This document shows, one piece after another, positions 56,823 to 64,000 of a stretch of 64,000 nucleotides of DNA. The position numbers were made by a program, and so were the translations under genes. Source of the DNA: an uncultured bacterium (GTDB taxonomy: Bacteria > Patescibacteriota > Minisyncoccia > Phycocordibacterales > UBA5272); contig CAIQWN010000045.1 in assembly GCA_903875555.1 (NCBI GenBank), forward strand, positions 1,535 through 65,534. Direction: 5' to 3'. Under the pieces are notes generated by a model. It saw nothing but the letters and a program-made list of their open reading frames with translations. It had not been told where the DNA came from and ran no database searches. Each line of letters starts with the position of its first letter. Position 1 is the stretch's first letter.

Positions 56823-56957
56823 TTAAACAGATAATTTCTTGCGACCAACAGCTCTACGACGAGCAAGCACCTTTCTTCCTCCTGAAGTTTTAGTACGAGC
56901 CAAAAATCCGTGGGTTGTAAATCTCTTCTTTCTTTTTGGTTGATATGTTTGTGACAT
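56823..56957 (-). CDS. rpmH: 50S ribosomal protein L34
   Basis: Manual translation [44 protein letters not shown]; too short for the ORF track. Confidence 0.97.
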   Translation of the reverse strand: MSQTYQPKRKKRFTTHGFLARTKTSGGRKVLARRRAVGRKKLSV

Positions 56958-57087
56958 AACGAGTATTCTATATTAAAACCAAACATAAATCAAATCATGT
57001 GTTTTTGTCTTTAACACAAGTCAATTTGCTTAACATGTTGTCTAGTTGATTGCTTTTTTGAGAAGTGTATACTTAAAAACAATTACT

Positions 57088-58428
57088 ATGGATTATCAAC
57101 AGTTATGGAACAGTGCTTTATCTCAAGTAGAACTTGAACTATCTAGAGTTAATTTTAATACTTGGTTTAAGAACACACGTATAGTTGACTATAAAGACGG
57201 TGAAGTGATTATTGGTGTTCCGAATGAATTCGTAAAGGATTGGCTTACTCAAAAATATCATAAATTTATTTTACGCATTCTTCGTTCTATACACGAAAGT
57301 GTGCGCTCTGTTTCCTTTTCTGTTGTTAAACCCGAATCCCTACAAAAAAAAGCTCAGAGTATACAAATTTCTGGAAACAACACACTTCCTCTTAACGATC
57401 TCTATGTAAATAAGGACGACGGACTTAATCCTAGGTATAATTTTGATAATTTTGTTGTTGGTTCTTTTAATGATATTGCTTTTGCTACCTCTCAGGCGGT
57501 AATAAACAATCTTGGGGTTTTATATAATCCTTTTTTTGTGTACGGAAACACAGGGCTCGGAAAAACACACATGATGCAAGCGATTGGAAATACAATCAAA
57601 AAAAACCATCCTGAGAAAAAAATCTTTTTTACTTCTTTGGAAAAATTTTATATGGATCTTGTTAATTCAACAAACCTAAACAAAATAAACAGTTTTAAAG
57701 AAAAATACAGAAAATATGATGTTTTTATTTTAGACGACATACAGTTTATAACAGGTAAAGAAAAAACCCAGGACGAACTTTTCCATTTATTTAATTCTTT
57801 ATACGAAACAAATAAGCAGATTATATTTTCTTCTGACCGCCACCCTAATTTTATAACGGGACTAGAAGACAGACTTAAATCGAGATTCAGTCAGGGGATG
57901 ATTGTTGATGTGTCTTTACCTGATTTTGAATCACGGTTTGCAATAATTAAAACAAAAACCACTGAGTTTAAAGATAAAATCCCCCAAGAGGTGCTCGAAT
58001 ACGTTGCCGAAACAGTGCACGGAAACATAAGGGAACTTGAGGGTGTTATGAATCTCTTAATTAATTATATAAACATAAAAAAACAGGCAATTTCTTTAAA
58101 CGATGCTAAAGTTTTATTAAAAAATAGCATTCGTTCTCGAAAAAATGTTTCTGTTCCAGAAATAGTAAAAGTTATTTGTGATTATTATAATATTTCTGAT
58201 TCTTTTATCTATAATAAAACAAGAAGGAAAGATGTTGTTAAGCCTCGCCAAATAATTATGTATATACTTAGAGAGGTTTTTGATATTTCTTACCCTGTTA
58301 TAGGGGAAAGACTTGGTGGAAGAGATCACACAACAGTAATCCATTCCTATGAAAAAATTAAGACGAATATTAAAACAAATCCTGAATTAAATAAGGAAAT
58401 TGAAGATATTAAAAACCTTATAAACTAG
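57088..58428 (+). CDS. dnaA: Chromosomal replication initiator DnaA
   Basis: LNPRYNFDNFVVG, YNPFFVYGNTGLGKTH, DDIQF, NIRELEG, GGRDHTTVIH. Confidence 0.99.
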   Translation: MDYQQLWNSALSQVELELSRVNFNTWFKNTRIVDYKDGEVIIGVPNEFVKDWLTQKYHKFILRILRSIHESVRSVSFSVVKPESLQKKAQSIQISGNNTLPLNDLYVNKDDGLNPRYNFDNFVVGSFNDIAFATSQAVINNLGVLYNPFFVYGNTGLGKTHMMQAIGNTIKKNHPEKKIFFTSLEKFYMDLVNSTNLNKINSFKEKYRKYDVFILDDIQFITGKEKTQDELFHLFNSLYETNKQIIFSSDRHPNFITGLEDRLKSRFSQGMIVDVSLPDFESRFAIIKTKTTEFKDKIPQEVLEYVAETVHGNIRELEGVMNLLINYINIKKQAISLNDAKVLLKNSIRSRKNVSVPEIVKVICDYYNISDSFIYNKTRRKDVVKPRQIIMYILREVFDISYPVIGERLGGRDHTTVIHSYEKIKTNIKTNPELNKEIEDIKNLIN

Positions 58429-58651
58429 GGCTGTTAATAAACCTGTTAATAAGATAATAATATCTTATTAACAACCCCTCTCTTATTATAAAAATTTTTT
58501 AATTTTTATAATATATTAACAAATTAAAAAAGCTTGTTATTTTTATTTTAAAATTAAAACCTTATATTTCCTTTGTTTTGTTAGGGTTTTTAATATATAC
58601 ACATAATTAACATCACTATACTTATTATTATCTTTTATATATACTATTACT
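58429..58651. promoter_or_regulatory. Candidate oriC between dnaA and dnaN
   Basis: Very AT-rich; degenerate DnaA-like boxes TGTTAATAA at 58432 and 58444 and TTATTAACA at 58465. Confidence 0.5.
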
Positions 58652-59743
58652 ATGAAATTCGAATGTAAAAGTAGAAACCTGATTAATACCATTAATCAAA
58701 TAAGTAGAGCTCGTAGTAAAAGTTTATCCCAAGAATATCTTCAAGATATATATCTACAACTAGAAGAACACCAACTAACTTTAAGGGCCACTAACTTAGA
58801 AATTTTTTGTGAAAAAAGTATTTCTGTTAAAGGAATACAAAACGGAAAATGTGTTTTAAAAGGAGAGACTTTAATAAAAATAACAAACTTTTTACAAAAA
58901 GAAGAAATTAATTTAATTTGCGAATTAAATGAAAACATTTTTATAATAAAAAGTGAAAAAGAAAATATAGAAATAAAAACAATACCTTTTGAAGATTTTC
59001 CAGCCTTACCACAACAAGGGGAGAGTGTTGGCGAAATAAAAACTGAGAATTTAATATCTTTAATTAAAAGTGTTTCGTTTTGTTGTGCAACAACAGAAAT
59101 AAAACCAGAAATCTCATCAGTTTTTATTTATTCAAAAGAAGACAATCTTTATTCTGTTGCAACAGACTCATATCGATTAGCGGAAAAACACATAAACAAT
59201 GAATCAAAATTAAATATTTCTATTTTAATTCCTCAAAAAAACATAAGCGAAATAGTTTCTATTTTATCAGAAGAAGAGGGTGTTATTAATATTTATAAAA
59301 ACGAAGGACTATTAACATTAAATATTAACAGTTTAACTTTATGTATAAATATAATATTAGGACAATTCCCAGACTACAAACAACTTTTTCCAAAAGAATA
59401 TACAACAACTTGTTATTTAAACAAAAACGAATTACAAAAAGCTTTAACATTAACAACTTGTTTTACAGAACAATACTCACAAGTTAAATTTTTAATAGAA
59501 GATGAAAAACTAACACTACATAGTAAAAATGAACAAATAGGACAAGTGACAAATATTGTAGACATTAAAAAAGAAGGGGAAAATATAGAAGTAAACTATA
59601 ACAATAAATATTTTTTAGAAGTAATACCACACCTAGCAAAAGAAAAAATAAAACTATCTTTTACAACAGCACAAAAACCTGTGTTTTTACAAAGTGAAAG
59701 CGATATAAGTTTCGTTTATTTACTTATGCCACTAAACAGATAA
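58652..59743 (+). CDS. dnaN: DNA polymerase III beta clamp
   Basis: ATNLEI, EDFP, VATDSYRLA, FPDYK, YLLMPL. Confidence 0.97.
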   Translation: MKFECKSRNLINTINQISRARSKSLSQEYLQDIYLQLEEHQLTLRATNLEIFCEKSISVKGIQNGKCVLKGETLIKITNFLQKEEINLICELNENIFIIKSEKENIEIKTIPFEDFPALPQQGESVGEIKTENLISLIKSVSFCCATTEIKPEISSVFIYSKEDNLYSVATDSYRLAEKHINNESKLNISILIPQKNISEIVSILSEEEGVINIYKNEGLLTLNINSLTLCINIILGQFPDYKQLFPKEYTTTCYLNKNELQKALTLTTCFTEQYSQVKFLIEDEKLTLHSKNEQIGQVTNIVDIKKEGENIEVNYNNKYFLEVIPHLAKEKIKLSFTTAQKPVFLQSESDISFVYLLMPLNR

Positions 59744-59746
59744 AAT

Positions 59747-59977
59747 ATGGACAACTCACTTTTTAAAAAACATCTAAAAATTTTTAATGAAAGAGATAAA
59801 GATAAAAACACAATAATAGAACATATTAAAAACAAAACAAAAATTGTTTTAAATGAAAACGAGATAAAAATAGAAAAAAAGAAGGTGTCTTTAAATATTT
59901 CTTCAATTAAAAAAGCAGAGCTATATAAACACAAACTAGAAGAAAGACTAGAAGAAATTGGTTTTTATTATAAATAA
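59747..59977 (+). CDS. Small basic hypothetical protein
   Basis: 76 aa, starts 3 nt after the dnaN stop. Confidence 0.6.
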   Translation: MDNSLFKKHLKIFNERDKDKNTIIEHIKNKTKIVLNENEIKIEKKKVSLNISSIKKAELYKHKLEERLEEIGFYYK

Positions 59978-59978
59978 T

Positions 59979-62117
59979 TTAATCAGACAAAGATGTTTTT
60001 GTTTGTGGAGAGTGAGAACATCCACCGTTTTTGTTTAACCAGTCTTGTATAGACGTTTCCCAAGATTTGTACTGGGGGTCAGAGTCAGGGTTAGAAGGGG
60101 TCGGTCCTTGTACGTTGTCTTTGTCTACATATTTTAATATTGAATGAGCTCCGTCATCAGCACACCACACACCCCTCAAAATTGGTTTATTAGAGGTGTT
60201 TGGTAGTGGATCAGGAAAGTATTCTACTGGTTGATCTTTTAAAACAACAAGCATAGCTTTTTTCCAAACGGGCGAGAGTACTGTTCCGGCGGTTTTTTTA
60301 TTAAGAGGGGTGTTGTTGTTGTTTCCTGCCCACATGCCTAACACCGCCGACGGAGTATATCCAAGAACCCAAACATCTTTATAGTCGTTCGTTGTTCCTG
60401 TTTTTGATGCAACAGGCCTGTCTTTAAAAAAGAGAGGAGAGTTTACACCGTACACAGGAGCTTTTGCTTGGTTATCAGAAAGAACAGACGACACCAAAGA
60501 AGAAACCGTTTCAGGGAGCACATTTTTTTGGTCCTGTGTATATTTTTCAAGTAAATCTCCATTATGATCTCTGACCTCAAGTATCCCAACAGGTTTGTTG
60601 TAGTTTCCGTTATTTGCTAACACACCATAGGCATTAGTTAGTTCAAGCAAGGACACTTCTCCGCCACCAAGAACCAAAGGAAGTCCGTAGTGATCGGGGT
60701 CGTTTATTGTAGATAGTCCCATTTTTTGTGCAAGACCAACAACATTTTTTATTCCAGTCAGATAAAGTAATTTTACTGCAGGAACGTTAAGTGATTGTGC
60801 AAGAGCATTACGTAAAGACACCGGACCCCTGAATTTATCATCGTAGTTTCCTGGCATATAACAAACAGAAGTGTCTGTTCCAACAAAAGGTTTCCCGTAT
60901 GCATCACACCTTAAATCAAATTGTGTTTCTGAATCAAACAAAACAGTTTCTGGGGTAAAGCCTTTTTCAAAAGCAGCAGCATACACAACAGGTTTTATGG
61001 CGGATCCAGGCTGTCTTAAGGCTGTGGTTATATTATATTGCCCTGGTATTTTTGTATCAAAAAAATCCCTTGATCCAACCATAGAAAGTATTTGTCCTGT
61101 TTTTGGATCTATTACAACAAGCCCAGCGTTGGTTGCACCATATTTTTCCTCACTTTCTTTTGCGTTGCTTTTAATGATTTCCTCTAATTGTTTTTGAAGA
61201 TCAAAATTAAGAGTGGTTATTACTTTAAGTCCACCGTTTCGAACAACATCATCACCATATTTTTCTACTAAATATTCTTTTATATACATAACAAAATGTA
61301 AAGCCTTTCCACTGTTCGTTTCATCTCTTTCAAAATCTATTTGTTCGTTTTGGGAAGATTTTTTCACTGATTCAGATATATATCCAAGTTCAAACATTTT
61401 TTCTAACACTAGATTTTTTCTTTTTTCTAGTTCATCTCTATGTTTTCCGAAAGGAGAGAAGTATGTAGGTGATTGTGGCAGAGAAGCAAGATAGGCTGCT
61501 TCTGTTAGGCTCACATCTTTTGCCCTCTTATTAAAGTATGTGAGAGAAGCTTCTTCCACACCATAAATTGTTCCTCCGTAAGGGCTTTCGTTTAAATAAA
61601 TTTGAAGTATTGTTTTTTTGTCTAATGTTTTATCAAGTTTTATAGCAAGAAGAATTTCTTTTATTTTTCTAGAGATTGTTTTTTCACGAGTAAGTAGAGC
61701 GTTTTTAATAACCTGTTGATCAATTGTTGAACCACCTTGAGAGAAACCACCCTGTTGAATGTTTGCAAACAGTGCTCTTACGAAAGAGGTTGGACGAAAA
61801 CCATTGTGTTCGTAGAAATGAGAGTCCTCAATAGAAATGGTTGCTTCTTGTATATATGGGTTAATTTGGTCTATGCTAATAGAGGTTCTTTTTATGTTGT
61901 CGTTTAAGCTGTACAGAACAACATTTCCGGTACTGTCGTATATTTTTGTTGAATTAGAAATATTTCTATTTTCAAAATTATTAAAATCAGGTAAATCTAA
62001 ACTAGACAACCACACAGCAAGAGCCGTTACAAAAAGAACCGCCAAAGAAAAAGAAACCAAAATAAGCTCCCTAAGAGCTTTTTTTCTAAAGTTTCTTTTT
62101 TTAATATGTTCAGTCAT
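59979..62117 (-). CDS. Class A penicillin-binding protein (transglycosylase-transpeptidase)
   Basis: EDSHFYEH, QGGSTIDQQ, RKIKE, RQPGSAIKP, SLN, KTGT. Confidence 0.96.
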   Translation of the reverse strand: MTEHIKKRNFRKKALRELILVSFSLAVLFVTALAVWLSSLDLPDFNNFENRNISNSTKIYDSTGNVVLYSLNDNIKRTSISIDQINPYIQEATISIEDSHFYEHNGFRPTSFVRALFANIQQGGFSQGGSTIDQQVIKNALLTREKTISRKIKEILLAIKLDKTLDKKTILQIYLNESPYGGTIYGVEEASLTYFNKRAKDVSLTEAAYLASLPQSPTYFSPFGKHRDELEKRKNLVLEKMFELGYISESVKKSSQNEQIDFERDETNSGKALHFVMYIKEYLVEKYGDDVVRNGGLKVITTLNFDLQKQLEEIIKSNAKESEEKYGATNAGLVVIDPKTGQILSMVGSRDFFDTKIPGQYNITTALRQPGSAIKPVVYAAAFEKGFTPETVLFDSETQFDLRCDAYGKPFVGTDTSVCYMPGNYDDKFRGPVSLRNALAQSLNVPAVKLLYLTGIKNVVGLAQKMGLSTINDPDHYGLPLVLGGGEVSLLELTNAYGVLANNGNYNKPVGILEVRDHNGDLLEKYTQDQKNVLPETVSSLVSSVLSDNQAKAPVYGVNSPLFFKDRPVASKTGTTNDYKDVWVLGYTPSAVLGMWAGNNNNTPLNKKTAGTVLSPVWKKAMLVVLKDQPVEYFPDPLPNTSNKPILRGVWCADDGAHSILKYVDKDNVQGPTPSNPDSDPQYKSWETSIQDWLNKNGGCSHSPQTKTSLSD

Positions 62118-62174
62118 TTTTATAATATAACACAACACTTAATTAAAACATCTGTATATGTTAGTATAATATTT

Positions 62175-63368
62175 ATGGACAAAGTAATAACCGACGAAAA
62201 CAAAATAGACGAAATACTTTCACGAGGAGTGGAAGACATTATAGTTAAAGAAGAATTAAAAAAAGAACTAATGTCCGGTAAGGTTTTACGTATTAAACTA
62301 GGAATAGATCCAACAGGACCGAAAATTCATTTAGGTAGAGCCATACCAATTCGTAAACTTCGCGAGTTTCAAAAACTAGGACACCAAATAGTTTTTATTG
62401 TTGGAGATTTTACAGCACAAATAGGAGACGCTTCTGATAAAACAGAGAAACGCCCAATGCTTACACGTGCCACCATTGATGAAAACATTAAAGACTATAA
62501 AAATCAAATAGGAAAGATTATAGATGTTTCAAAAACAGAGTTTGTTTACAACAATGACTGGCTCGCCAAACTTACTTTTGCTGATGTTGTAAAAATGTCA
62601 GACTGTTTTTCTGTACAACAAATGCTTTCTCGTCGTAATTTTAAAGATCGCCATGAGGCAGGAACAGAAATATCTTTGCGTGAGTTTTTGTATCCAATGA
62701 TGCAAGGATATGATTCTGTTGAAGTAAAAGCAGATATAGAGATAGGGGGTTTTGATCAGTTGTTTAATTTAAAAGCAGGGAGAATAATGCAAGAGTTTTT
62801 TGGTCAACAAAAACAAAACATTATAACTTTCTCCATGCTTGAAGGAACAGACGGAAGAAAAATGTCTACGTCTTGGGGAAATGTAATAACAATAGTGGAT
62901 GAGCCTTATGATATGTTTGGAAAAATAATGTCGGTTAGAGACGATTTAATAATTAAATATATGAGTTTGTGTACGGATATAACACAAGAAGAAATAGAAG
63001 ACACTGAAAAGAAAATGAAAGAAGGGGCAAACCCAATGGAGTTTAAAATGAGACTTGGTTCGGAATTGGTTCGTATGTATCACAGTGAACAAGATGCCAC
63101 TTTTGCAAAAAATGAATGGACAAAAACTTTTCAAAAAGGAGGGGTCCCAGATGACGTAAAAGAAATAAAAACAAAAGAAAAAGAAGAAATGGGGAGCGTT
63201 TTAGTAGAAAATAAAATTGTATCTTCAAAAACAGACTGGCGTCGTTTAGTTGAAGATGGAAGTATTAGTGACAAAGATGGAAAAAAAATAACAGAAATAA
63301 AACAAAAAGTTTACTCAAACACATTTAAAATAGGAAAAAGACGCTTTGTAAAAATAATAGTTGAATAA
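62175..63368 (+). CDS. tyrS: Tyrosyl-tRNA synthetase
   Basis: KLGIDPT..IHLGR, EFLYPMMQGYDS, GGFDQLFN, KMSTS, C-terminal S4-like domain. Confidence 0.97.
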   Translation: MDKVITDENKIDEILSRGVEDIIVKEELKKELMSGKVLRIKLGIDPTGPKIHLGRAIPIRKLREFQKLGHQIVFIVGDFTAQIGDASDKTEKRPMLTRATIDENIKDYKNQIGKIIDVSKTEFVYNNDWLAKLTFADVVKMSDCFSVQQMLSRRNFKDRHEAGTEISLREFLYPMMQGYDSVEVKADIEIGGFDQLFNLKAGRIMQEFFGQQKQNIITFSMLEGTDGRKMSTSWGNVITIVDEPYDMFGKIMSVRDDLIIKYMSLCTDITQEEIEDTEKKMKEGANPMEFKMRLGSELVRMYHSEQDATFAKNEWTKTFQKGGVPDDVKEIKTKEKEEMGSVLVENKIVSSKTDWRRLVEDGSISDKDGKKITEIKQKVYSNTFKIGKRRFVKIIVE

Positions 63369-63410
63369 ATAATAAATCTGCCCAACGGCAGATTTATTGT
63401 TTATTACACA

Positions 63411-63599
63411 TTACCAATACTTTTCATCGTTGGCGTGAAAAGCAATGTCTATTTCATCGTCATCATCATTAAAAGAAGTGGTTACAATAATATCATCTTC
63501 TTCTGTTAAAACAACCTCATCACCAAGAACCTCTTCTATTACGTCTAGGTTTATTTCTGTTGAAATTCCTTTTGTTTGTGATTCATCTTCGTCTTGCAT
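63411..63599 (-). CDS. Small highly acidic hypothetical protein
   Basis: 62 aa, D/E-rich; ends near the bidirectional hairpin 63371-63398. Confidence 0.55.
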   Translation of the reverse strand: MQDEDESQTKGISTEINLDVIEEVLGDEVVLTEEDDIIVTTSFNDDDDEIDIAFHANDEKYW

Positions 63600-63650
63600 A
63601 TTTTATTTAAGAAAGATTATCATCTTCTTTTGTTTTATGCAAGTGGTTTT

Positions 63651-64000
63651 TTATAGACTATTTTTAACTGTGGCACTGTGCGTTAGTGCAACGGCAATAG
63701 CATCGAATTCATCATCAATAATTTTTACAGCACTATTTATTTTTAATATGCGAGAAACCATTAAAGAAACAGCTTCTTTGTTAGATTTTCCATAGCCGGT
63801 AACCGCTAGTTTTATTTGTGGTGGAGAATATTCAAATATCTTTAGGTTATGTTTTTTGGCCACATATATACAAACGCCTCTAGATTCAGAAACATGCATA
63901 ACGGTCATTTGATTGTTTGTTATAAATAATTTTTCTATAGAGAGATGGTCTGGTTTGTGTTTTAAAATAATTTTTTCTAAATCTGTTCCTATTTGAAAAA
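63651..64000 (-). CDS. ruvC: Holliday junction resolvase RuvC; 5' end outside the window
   Basis: IEKLF, ESRGV, YSPPQIKLAVTGYGKSNK, DDEFDAIAVA. Confidence 0.95.
   Translation of the reverse strand, partial: FQIGTDLEKIILKHKPDHLSIEKLFITNNQMTVMHVSESRGVCIYVAKKHNLKIFEYSPPQIKLAVTGYGKSNKEAVSLMVSRILKINSAVKIIDDEFDAIAVALTHSATVKNSL

Noticed and set aside
62175-63368. TyrS motif variants HLGR and KMSTS
   Set aside because: Plausibly within normal variation of the HIGH/KMSKS motifs; no evidence of altered function.
1-64000. CRISPR array, cas genes, rRNA, IS transposase, prophage
   Set aside because: No regularly spaced repeat-spacer units and no recognisable proteins or rRNA sequence.

Overview
AT-rich bacterial chromosomal segment read with the standard genetic code. 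Gene content and style point, by inference, to a Patescibacteria/CPR (Parcubacteria-like) genome. It is mostly housekeeping: glyQS, rpsL, rpmB, split comEC, rnhA, recJ, cca, four tRNAs, hup, rny, clpP, rsmE, tig, ppa, nusA, tpiA, pgk, xth, a Xer recombinase, rpsO, comM, pcrA, rsmA, yidC-rnpA-rpmH/dnaA-dnaN, a class A PBP, tyrS and ruvC. A T4SS-like cluster (VirB6-like, PrgI, VirB4, pilin-peptidase fusion) lies next to dnaA. The most notable signals are non-coding: (1) a 500-bp candidate mobile element made of a small GIY-YIG nuclease between inward-facing REP-like palindromes and bracketed by a 16-bp direct repeat, with three solo copies of the palindrome elsewhere; (2) several other miniature repeat families, some in-frame inside proteins and some bracketing cargo genes; (3) a parS-like cluster inside the cca gene next to DnaA boxes, about 45 kb from dnaA; (4) an unassigned, highly structured ~290-nt intergenic RNA candidate; (5) a recurrent extended -10 box 6 nt before ATG, suggesting leaderless mRNAs. 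All calls come from reading the sequence by eye; no database search was run.
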